From: a bacterium
GTDB taxonomy: Bacteria > Arandabacterota > Arandabacteria > Arandabacterales > JALGWA01
Length of the DNA: 18,799 nucleotides
Assembly: GCA_050125095.1 (NCBI GenBank)
Contig: JASFEA010000060.1
Coordinates: 1-18,799, forward strand
Direction: 5' to 3'
The number at the start of each line of letters is the position of its first letter. Position 1 is the stretch's first letter. Positions 8,601-15,326 of this stretch are shown here, piece by piece. A model generated the notes under the pieces. The model searched no databases and had not been told where the DNA came from. It worked only from the letters and a program-made list of their open reading frames with translations. The position numbers and the translations under genes were made by a program.

Positions 8601-8829
8601 CTATCTGACCGGACGTGGCGAGACTGCCCTCGATGGATAGTGCGAAAGGATGGAGTTTCGCCTCGCCGGCAAGTGTGTCCCACCAGGCTGTGGTCTGGAC
8701 CGTATCGCAATAGTCCAGGGTCGTGAAGTCCTCGACATAGCTGGTAACGACAGCCCCTGCCGGGGAAGACGACAGCATCGCGAACGCCAGGCACATTGCG
8801 GACAGGAATAGACAGGATGACTTAGACAT
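5617..8829 (-). CDS. Secreted LVIVD-repeat protein (14 repeats) with C-terminal FlgD-Ig/T9SS-CTD-like domain
   Basis: ATG 8829 follows GAGG and begins a signal peptide (MSKSSCLFLSAMCLAFAMLSSSPAGA). ~42-aa repeats 'V.ISGDYAYVAD...GL.VVDISDP.NP'. C-terminus 'NRPNPF...AGRHSVAWTG.ND.G....GVYFVRM'. Confidence 0.9.
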   Translation of the reverse strand: MSKSSCLFLSAMCLAFAMLSSSPAGAVVTSYVEDFTTLDYCDTVQTTAWWDTLAGEAKLHPFALSIEGSLATSGQIENLTIYGDYAYLAAGGSGLHIVDISDPTNPTLANTHNTPVHAIDVAISGNYAHVADYTSGLQVVDITDPTNPSLAGSYGTPGTAYSVAIAGDYAYIADADSGLTVVDISDPANPALEGRYVTADFAYGIALAGDYAYVAVGYSGLQVIDISDPANPASAGIHDTPSLARSVCVSGDYAYVADNSAGLQVIDISDPENPASAGAYDPSYGFATDVAVSGDCAYYADLNGLRAVDITDPTSPAFESGIDLPGSARGVVISGEYAYVADYTDGLKVIRVSYPIKPVIATDFSYSQDAFAVAVSGDYAYAGFGSAGLTVVNISDPASPAFAGNYVTPGAAYGIAIEGDYAYVADYSAGLTVVDISDPTNPALAGGYDTPGLARGIAISGNHAYVGDGTQGIQIIDISDPTDPVFVTNYVSLNDGDEIAISGDYAYLAVGDHFEVVDISNPAAPTNAGSCTTPGTAYGVKVSGDYAYLADYSGLAVVDISNPASPAVVGVCNTPGWVWALDVSGDRAFVTASLQGVYVIDISVPTSPALADSVDTPSWARGIAISGDYAYVADGEGDLQIIEVSQRHFDAGANVARSTVVSGTDGTILQARLSGTYSDSILWEMSSDGGGAWQEFLPGAGYEVFASPGSNLHWRSTHVYTSGGVNPLCSDLAIDWLYDFPIVASVTDIPDDQGRQVSLSWTRSGYDVVGSAVPVTEYAVYRRIDYDYGQTCGGSEPALLETASERQSTDIKPDVLYPPGEWHFLTAVPARAEDDYAVVVPTLGDSTVAEGMQYSTFFVSALTATPGVYFDSPVDSGYSVDNLAPSAPLNLTMPSPTDLAWEECPEEDFDYFTVYGSAAPGLDPTALLIGYTVGTAMDVTDDAHDYYHVTATDFAGNEGSASSVENTSSGVGRESDLPAAFALRENRPNPFEASTVIAFELPEPCDVRLEVFDAEGRVVRLLTETAWPAGRHSVAWTGENDAGEMAGPGVYFVRMRAGEFTDTGKMLLMR
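6895..8630 (-). repeat. 14 tandem ~126-bp LVIVD coding repeats (boundaries approximate)
   Basis: Counted in the translation. DNA-level similarity is visible, e.g. GGGGTC(G/A)CTTATGTCTATCACCTG near 8017 and 8143. Confidence 0.85.
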
Positions 8830-9154
8830 GTTGGGCCCCCTCTCGATGAATGAATCCTGAAGCGCTCCGGGCTGGCAGAGCTCTCCTTGACGGTGATTTA
8901 CAGCCCTTCCAGCATACCACAATCCGGGCCCTATTCCCAGTCCTATCAGCACGTGGCCGGCTCCAGAGGCGGTAGAGCCTGTCCCGGTGGAGGCAAAAAC
9001 CTGACTCTCAGAGTGGTACAAACGATCGGGGCAGGTCAACCATCTCATGCGTGTGTAGGCACTCCTCCGTCATGAAGTAGTTGCGGAGATCGTCCTGCCA
9101 CGCCTGCCAGTTTCCACCATCCGCGTGTTCCGACTTCCATCTCGGCAATGCATT

Positions 9155-9178
9155 TGGTATAATGGAGGCAAAGGAGGT
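9155..9178 (+). promoter_or_regulatory. Extended -10 promoter and ribosome-binding site
   Basis: TGgTATAAT at 9155-9163; AAGGAGGT at 9171-9178 before ATG 9186. Confidence 0.65.
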
Positions 9179-9185
9179 GCGAGTC

Positions 9186-9752
9186 ATGCCGGGAAAGCTA
9201 CTGGCTTTGTGCTGCGCTTTTGCCATTACCGCTGTGGTTGTACACCCGATTGCTTGCCGCTCCGCGGAGATCATAGACGTATCCGTGGCCGGACAGGACG
9301 ATATTAGCCAATATTACTTCTATGCCCTGGACGACGAAGGCGGTTTGTACCGGGCCTATGCGCTTAATTGGAACTGGGTTTGTTGTCTGGGCACCTATGC
9401 GGGTGCCGTGGGTATGGATTTTGGTGTTCAGTGTGTGGGGATGCAGATCAGAGGGTTCATAACTTTCACCAATGGCGATCTGCTTCCGGTCGACTTTGAC
9501 GGAACCCCTGGCCCGATTATCCCCGGCCCTGAAGGCGTATCGGGTATCGAGGAGATCTCGGTCAGGTTCGGCTGCACATACTATGGGGCGGATTACGAAT
9601 ATCTCGTTCAGATCCGGTCCGGGTGTACCACATGGTGCTACATAGAGGACGGCAATTTCAGTGAATGGTTCGGCCCGTTTGACATCGGCTCACTCCCCTC
9701 TCTGACGCAGCCCGGGTCCTGGGGCCAGATCAAGACGCAGGTCATCAGGTAG
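9186..9752 (+). CDS. Secreted Cys-rich hypothetical protein with C-terminal SWGQIK motif
   Basis: Strong RBS, signal-peptide-like N-terminus (MPGKLLALCCAFAITAVVV), ends PSLTQPGSWGQIKTQVIR. Confidence 0.75.
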   Translation: MPGKLLALCCAFAITAVVVHPIACRSAEIIDVSVAGQDDISQYYFYALDDEGGLYRAYALNWNWVCCLGTYAGAVGMDFGVQCVGMQIRGFITFTNGDLLPVDFDGTPGPIIPGPEGVSGIEEISVRFGCTYYGADYEYLVQIRSGCTTWCYIEDGNFSEWFGPFDIGSLPSLTQPGSWGQIKTQVIR

Positions 9753-9805
9753 TGCTGCAGGGGAGCAGACTGGGTCATTCGTGTCCGTGTCCCGGGGAGC
9801 AATCG

Positions 9806-10245
9806 CCTCAAACCGAGAAAGCCTCGCCCGGCTGGAGGGAACTCATAAGGAGAGTCTACGAGGTCGACCCGCTCACCTGCCCCGCCTGTGGCGCCGGGAT
9901 GAAGGTCATGGCCTTCATCACCGACTACGAAGTCATCGACAGGATAATCCACCACCTGGGAGTTGCCTTCACCCTTAAGAGGCCGCCACCGCCCGCCCGG
10001 CAGGAGGAACTCTACTGACTCCGATCGCTTACGCACGGCCCACAAAGCCCGTCACAGGGAGAACTCTGCCCTGATGGGGCTTTCAGGTTACCCGCCGCAT
10101 CGCCGTCGGCAGCCACAAGACCGGATCTCTAACCCGAGAGCCTCTTCTTGAAGCAATTCCCCTGACCCCCATGGCTCCCACCGCTCCGAAATCCTCGGAA
10201 AACCCCCGCATCGCATCTGGCCGGGAAATCGAAATTCCTATGGTT
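9806..10245 (+). mobile_element. IS91/ISCR 3' end fragment, copy 1 (transposase tail + oriIS-like end)
   Basis: Highly similar to 12732-13181. Encodes WRELIRRVYEVDPLTCPACG...RPPP (stop 10018) and ends GGGAAATCGAAATTCCTATGGTT. Confidence 0.85.
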
Positions 10246-10596
10246 GCTGAGATGAAAGGGGAGAGCGTAACATCACTCCTCGGGAGACTCGTACATGACC
10301 TAAGCGAGGAACTCACCCTTGAGGACCTACAAACCATGCTTCCTTACAGCGAGGGAGAGCTCAGGGATTGTCTGGAGATCTTGAAGATTCCCGACGGGCT
10401 CGAGACCCTTCTTCAAGAGCAGGCCGAACAGGCCGAGCGTGAGCGGCCCCACATCCTCTCATTCGTCGTAGACGACGCGGAGCCCGTTGAAGAGGCCATA
10501 ACGGCCGCCTCACGGCGAAATGGGGGCCTTACGCGAGGCAGAGCCCTTGTTGAGATAGCGCGCGCCTACACAGGCGAGGATGAGGCCAATGAATGA
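10240..10596 (+). pseudogene. 5'-truncated phage-type gene, probably the C-terminal part of a ParB-like protein
   Basis: The ORF begins at the IS end. Helical acidic sequence (LVHDLSEELTLEDLQTMLPY...LSFVV...VEEAI...RGRALVEIA) sits directly upstream of, and overlaps, a terminase-small-like gene. Family call is from recall. Confidence 0.5.
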
Positions 10597-11017
10597 GCGA
10601 GAGCACCACAAGAAGGCCTTTGAGTTCTACTACGCGCTCGGGGAGGCAAGGAGCTACCGGAAGGTCGCAGAGGAGTTCTCTGTCTCCCTGGGTACGGTGA
10701 AGCTCTGGGGGAGGTCCTTTGGCTGGAAGGGGAAGATACGCGAGCGGGATACCGAGGTCGCCCGGGCTATGGCCGACCGCAGCATGAAGGATGGCATAGA
10801 ACGGAGCGTCAGAAACAGCAAGATCATCGAGATGGGGCTTGTCCAGGTGGCCAAGGCGATAGCTGAAGGCAAGGTCAAAATGACCGTGTCGGACCTTGAC
10901 CGGCTTATCAGGCTGGAGGAGTACCTGCGGGAGGAGGTCGAGCCGAGGCAACAGAAGATCGTTGTGGTCTGGGGAGACAGTGATGATGAGACAGACGACG
11001 AGCTCGGTGACGATTGA
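10589..11017 (+). CDS. HTH protein resembling phage terminase small subunit
   Basis: 'AFEFYYALG..RSYRKVAEEFSVSLGTVKLWGRSFGW' N-terminal HTH, helical middle, and C-terminal 'KIVVVWGD' plus acidic tail. Confidence 0.6.
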   Translation: MNEREHHKKAFEFYYALGEARSYRKVAEEFSVSLGTVKLWGRSFGWKGKIRERDTEVARAMADRSMKDGIERSVRNSKIIEMGLVQVAKAIAEGKVKMTVSDLDRLIRLEEYLREEVEPRQQKIVVVWGDSDDETDDELGDD

Positions 11018-11052
11018 CTCGATTGGGCGAGAATTTCTCTTGGCAAGAGGGA

Positions 11053-12114
11053 CTACTTGAACATGGCCTTTATCGAGCCCCATGTGGTCGATTTCACAGC
11101 GCCGGGGCAGTCGTCAGGCGTGATAATCCTGGTATGCGTGGAATCCACCCACCCGACATAATAGACATCTCCATGGAACTTGGTTTCGAAGTCCGGGCAC
11201 TCTGCCCCCCAGTAATTGAGTTTGGCCATAACGCCATTGACCCCGCCAGAATGCTCATACCATATATCATAACTCGCGTTGTCATAGAAGTCATTGGCAT
11301 CCGCTGGATTGAGCCCACCGTTGAAACCGGGCGCGGCCAGCGGCGGATCTGCATAGATGTAGACCGCTATGTCGAGGTTGTGGGCAATCGTGTTACCTGA
11401 GCAGTCGCCTCCGCAGTGGCCTTCGTAGTATAGCCCGTAGAAGTGAGAATAGGTTATCTCATTGCCGTCCAGCATCGGGGAGGAGTCTATTATCTCGGCC
11501 CCATAGCCACAATTAGTTATCGTGTTGTTCACAAACGCCGGTCGGCCTGGGTCAACCACGTCCCAGGCACCGATTCCAGCACCACAATCCCTCACCGTGT
11601 TGCTTCTGAACACAGGCTTCCACCACTCAGCTGATGAGTCCTCAAAATACATGCCGTAGCTCACGTTCTCCATGACGCAGTTCTCGACTAATAAGTCGGT
11701 ACAATCCACACACTTGACACCGTACGTAAAACCCACAATAGGGCAACCGGGAGCACCGCGTATGGTAAGACCTGAAGCAATCACCCCCTCGCTCCGGTAA
11801 ATGTAAACGCCCGAGCTTGGGCCACAGAATTCAATCGCGGTTACTTCCGGCCCCTGCTCGCTGAAAAGGGCGACACTATCCGGCATAGAAATGCGAGTTT
11901 CGTATGTGACTTCATATATTCCCGGTGCCACTAGGACCGTGTCCCCCGCCGACGCAGAATCGAGCCCAGCGTGGATCGTCGGGAATTCGGATGGAACCAA
12001 CAGAGTACGTGCGTTAATCCGGGCCGGAACCAATAGGCATAGCAGGCTGGCGACCAAAAGAAGGGGCCTCCTAGTGTCCGAGATGAAATCCAGTGGTCTG
12101 CAGCTGACATACAT
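11053..12114 (-). CDS. Secreted right-handed parallel beta-helix (NosD/pectin-lyase-fold) protein with C-terminal TWGSIK motif
   Basis: Signal peptide, then 'VPSEFPTIHAGLDSASAGDTVLVAPGIY' and repeated 'NNTIT/GNEIT/GNTIA' strands; ends VKSTTWGSIKAMFK. ATG 12114 follows GGAG. Confidence 0.85.
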   Translation of the reverse strand: MYVSCRPLDFISDTRRPLLLVASLLCLLVPARINARTLLVPSEFPTIHAGLDSASAGDTVLVAPGIYEVTYETRISMPDSVALFSEQGPEVTAIEFCGPSSGVYIYRSEGVIASGLTIRGAPGCPIVGFTYGVKCVDCTDLLVENCVMENVSYGMYFEDSSAEWWKPVFRSNTVRDCGAGIGAWDVVDPGRPAFVNNTITNCGYGAEIIDSSPMLDGNEITYSHFYGLYYEGHCGGDCSGNTIAHNLDIAVYIYADPPLAAPGFNGGLNPADANDFYDNASYDIWYEHSGGVNGVMAKLNYWGAECPDFETKFHGDVYYVGWVDSTHTRIITPDDCPGAVKSTTWGSIKAMFK

Positions 12115-12134
12115 ATTCTCTACTCCCATATCAT

Positions 12135-12164
12135 AGCTTATCACGCGCCAGTTCTGAAGGTCAA
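12135..12164 (-). promoter_or_regulatory. Sigma-70-type promoter for the beta-helix gene
   Basis: Minus strand: TTGACC, 18-nt spacer ending TGA, then TAAGCT. Confidence 0.55.
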
Positions 12165-12365
12165 GTAGCGAAGTGCCTACTCATCGCATATGAACGGATC
12201 CCGCGTCCCAGCGGGACCTAGACCCAACCACGCTGCAGAATCGACTTGACTCCCTTCAGCGCCATCTCTATTATCGAGTCGCTCTGGAGCGAGCTGCTGC
12301 AATTGCATGCTGCGAGGATTTTGCTTTGAAAGGAGTGTCCAAGATGGTCGCACGTCTTTGGCCGT

Positions 12366-12944
12366 CTAATCATAAGCCCCGAGATTCGGGATAAGATCCT
12401 CTCCTGGCGCCACACCGGATTCAATGTCCACAGCGAGGTGAGAACCACGACACCCCAAGACGCCCGGAGGGTGGCCATGTACATGGCCAAGCCCATCGTG
12501 GCTCTGGGGCGCCTCTCATTCAATGGGACCCAGGGCAAGGTCGTCTACCGCTACGGCAAGGGCGGTGCCGATAAGGTGGAGATGGACTATCTGGACTTCA
12601 TCGCCCGCGTCACCGCCCATATCCCCGATAAGGGACAGGTGATGATCCGCTACTACGGCCTCTACTCCAATGCCCACAGGGGCAAGGAGAGAAAGCGAGG
12701 TCGGGCCGCATCGGCCATGCCGGTCCTTGCACCTCAATCCGAGAGAGCTTCGCCCGGCTGGAGGGAACTCATAAGGAGAGTCTACGAGGTCGACCCACTC
12801 ACCTGCCCCGCCTGTGGTGCCGGGATGAAGGTCATAGCCTTCATCACAGACTATGAAGTCATCGACAGGATAATCCACCACCTGGGAGTTGCCTTCACCC
12901 TTAAGAGGCCGCCGCCGCCCGCCCGGCAGGAGGAACTCTACTGA
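12366..12944 (+). pseudogene. IS91/ISCR-family transposase, C-terminal fragment
   Basis: ILSWRHTGFNVHS...YMAKP (catalytic Tyr)...DFIARVTAHIP...IRYYGLYSN...WRELIRRVYEVDPLTCPACG. There is no N-terminal half in frame (stop at 12327-12329). Confidence 0.9.
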
Positions 12945-13181
12945 CTCCGATCACCTTAGCACGGCCCACAAAGCCCGTCACAGGGACAACTCTGCCCTGA
13001 TGGGGCTTTCAGGCAACCCGCCGCATCGCCGGCGGCAGCCACAAGACCGGATCTCAATCCCAACAGCCTGATCCTGCAGTAATCCCCCGGCACCCGGGGC
13101 TCCCACCGATCCGGTCTCCCAGGAATAACCTCCGCATACCATGAAATCGCATCAGGTCGGGAAATCGAAATTCCTATGATT
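12732..13181 (+). mobile_element. IS91/ISCR 3' end, copy 2, with oriIS-like terminus
   Basis: Direct repeat of 9806-10245. Ends GGGAAATCGAAATTCCTATGATT followed by CAAG. Confidence 0.85.
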
Positions 13182-13348
13182 CAAGCGCGACACTGTATAT
13201 TGCGGAGTGGTGGGATAACCACTTTCCGGACCTGGACAAAGTCACCAGCCCTCATCTGACCTTACCCCTGAAACGAGACTAGTTTCTGCCTTAGAGATCT
13301 GCTGTCTTCGAACTTCCGGCCAAGAGACCTGGGGGCAGCCGTTTTGCT

Positions 13349-13513
13349 GACGACTCATACATCGGGCCGGAGCGGCCGGGGGATGTGCATGAGGCCAACT
13401 TCATCTACTCAAACCTGAACGATGGCTGGTTCACCTATTTCCGGACCTATGCTCCCACCGAGGCCTGTTTTGACAGAACGTGGAGGCTGCTGGACATCGA
13501 ACTCCTGAAATGA
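13349..13513 (+). pseudogene. C-terminal fragment of a DUF1214 (DUF1254/DUF1214) protein
   Basis: Translates YIGPERPGDVHEANFIYSNLNDGWFTYFRTYAPTEACFDRTWRLLDIELLK*, matching the typical 'YFGP..P....NWI......WF.Y.RLY.P.E..FD..W.L.DIE' ending. No start codon; in-frame TAG at 13292-13294. Confidence 0.7.
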
Positions 13514-13632
13514 TGAAGCCGGAGGCAATGGCCGTCGCCAGTAAACCAAGCCCTTCAACCTGAAGCAGGTCTAGTGGCTCTCCTCTTTGGCGGGAATCAA
13601 GAAGAACAGCAGGAACTTCAGGCGAGTGCCGC

Positions 13633-14757
13633 TCAGGGCTTTCGGTAGACGGATAGCATTAGTACATCATCCTCCATGCCCACAGTACCGCAGGCATTAA
13701 GCACCTGGCTGTACAGCCGCTCAACGAGGCCATGCGCTCCGCTCATCATCACCTCTTTCACGGCCTCGGCAAGGCCCTCTTCGTCCAGCATTTCTCCGTC
13801 ATTGCACTGAGACTCCGTGGCGCCGTCAGTGTAGGCGAGAAGCAGGTCCCCCGGGGCCAGGTCTATTTCGCCTGCTTCATAGTCCATTCCTGCGATTATG
13901 CCAAGAGGCAGACCGTGGCTTTCAAGTGTGTTCACGGTACCATCAGCCGCACGAAAGTGGAGAGGCGCGCAGTGACCTGCATTCGTGTACCTGACTCGCG
14001 CGCTCTCCATGTCTACCACCATATAAAGCGCAGTAGCGAAGTTCTCATCCTGCAGAAAGCGCGTGATCTCTGAGTTCAAGGCATTTACAAGCTCGGCCGG
14101 CTCGCCGGCCTTAGCCCTGAGGCTCTCCCCCAGACTCTTAAGCAACATCGTGCAGAGCGATGCAGAAACCCCATGTCCCCTGACGTCGGCAATCAGGACA
14201 CCGTAGTGGTTCTCCCCGACGTGGTAGAGATCGTAGAAATCTCCTCCTATTAGATCGTGGGGGTAGTAGCACACTTCCATCTGAACCGCTTCGCTTGCGG
14301 GCATGGACTCGGGCAGGATGTACCGCTGAACCTCCTTGGCAAGTTCGAGATCCCTCACATTGTCGGTCTCGTCCCGGAACACCTCAATGCCTCCGATAAC
14401 CTCTCCACCCTCGTCGATTAGAGGCGCAACATCAACTGTGACGGCAATGCGCTCCCCATCAGCCGTCTTTGCGAAGACAAGCAGGGGCTCGTCGCCGGCC
14501 CTTCCCAGAAGCATGGATCTGTGAAGGGGACAACGGTCTGAAGGGCAAAGACGGTCACCGTCCTTGTTGATGTGACTCAGCACATCGTCGTGACAGGGCT
14601 TCCCCTCTACATCGGACGCCCTGTAGCCTGTGACCTCTTCAGCCTTGCGGTTCCAGAGCACTATTCTCCGATCCTGGTCCGTGATGTACACTCCGATGTT
14701 AAGGTAATTGAGAACCTTACGTAGCGCTTCAATATCAAGAGGGAATCTGTCAGCCAC
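13633..14757 (-). CDS. PAS-domain PP2C/SpoIIE-family phosphatase (RsbP/RsbU-like)
   Basis: N-terminal PAS (WNRKAEEVTGY), then GGDFYD, IADVRGHGV, NAGH, YTDG and DD motifs. GTG start after AAGGAG. Confidence 0.9.
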   Translation of the reverse strand: MADRFPLDIEALRKVLNYLNIGVYITDQDRRIVLWNRKAEEVTGYRASDVEGKPCHDDVLSHINKDGDRLCPSDRCPLHRSMLLGRAGDEPLLVFAKTADGERIAVTVDVAPLIDEGGEVIGGIEVFRDETDNVRDLELAKEVQRYILPESMPASEAVQMEVCYYPHDLIGGDFYDLYHVGENHYGVLIADVRGHGVSASLCTMLLKSLGESLRAKAGEPAELVNALNSEITRFLQDENFATALYMVVDMESARVRYTNAGHCAPLHFRAADGTVNTLESHGLPLGIIAGMDYEAGEIDLAPGDLLLAYTDGATESQCNDGEMLDEEGLAEAVKEVMMSGAHGLVERLYSQVLNACGTVGMEDDVLMLSVYRKP

Positions 14758-15069
14758 TGGAGAATCTCCTTGCCGGTAGCAACCCGCCGTTCCTCAACGG
14801 GTCTGGACGACTTCGATACAACCCAGAATAACTTCCGCACGGGGCGGCGTCCAGCCAAACCTGACATTGGTGACCTCTACCGGTGGGAAAATCGTCCTTT
14901 GGTGTGCGTAGCGGTCCCCCGCTACCACACCAAGCTCTTAAATCATAAGCGGTTCGGGGGCGTTCTCTTTGCAGCAGGTCACGGAGAGCTGGGAATCTAT
15001 CCGTTGGCTTCTGTGTATCGGCTCTCTTCCCCTCTCATTCGCTGCCTCCTTCTAGGCCTACAGGCCTAG

Positions 15070-15265
15070 CAGAGTGCAGCCTAAATCACACCGCCTCCGT
15101 GTCCGGTTCTTGCTGACGACTCACATTGTTTGTCGTCAGAGCATCCGGACTCGCAAAGGTTTGATATTAGGCTACACATTTCCCTTCCACTTGTAGTTTC
15201 TACCACCATTGCTCGACGTCAGATGAAAGTGGACACGGAGAGGTGTTGAATTAGGCTGCACTCTG
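15070..15265. mobile_element. ~196-bp non-coding element with ~35-bp imperfect terminal inverted repeats (MITE-like)
   Basis: Left end CAGAGTGCAGCCTAAATCACACCGCCTCCGTGTCC (15070-15104) versus right end GGACACGGAGAGGTGTTGAATTAGGCTGCACTCTG (15231-15265); the first 15 bp are a perfect inverted match. Flanked by CTAG and TTAG. Confidence 0.7.
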
Positions 15266-15326
15266 TTAGCCTGATCTGGGGCGAAAGGAGGCAGCCATGG
15301 GACAGGAAGCGAGCCGCAGTCCGGAG

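Noticed and set aside
6895-8630. Possible CRISPR array or DGR template/variable repeats
   Set aside because: The repeats are in-frame degenerate protein repeats. There is no constant repeat-spacer pattern, no reverse transcriptase and no evident adenine-specific variation.
8830-9048. 73-aa N-terminal extension of the LVIVD ORF
   Set aside because: The signal peptide and RBS point to ATG 8829, and a TGgTATGCT -10-like motif (8919-8911) lies inside the extension.
9752-10018. 88-aa ORF as a standalone zinc-finger gene
   Set aside because: It is the duplicated transposase C-terminal tail with a fortuitous GTG start.
10171-10239. N-terminal 23 codons of the 141-aa ORF
   Set aside because: They lie within the non-coding IS end shared with 13100-13181.
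12218-12360. Possible C-terminal remnant of another minus-strand gene
   Set aside because: No recognisable motif; cannot be supported from sequence alone.
15064-15271. Integron attC site (GCCTAGC...GTTAGCC)
   Set aside because: Core sites deviate from RYYYAAC/GTTRRRY, ~200 bp exceeds the usual attC size, and there is no integrase or cassette array.
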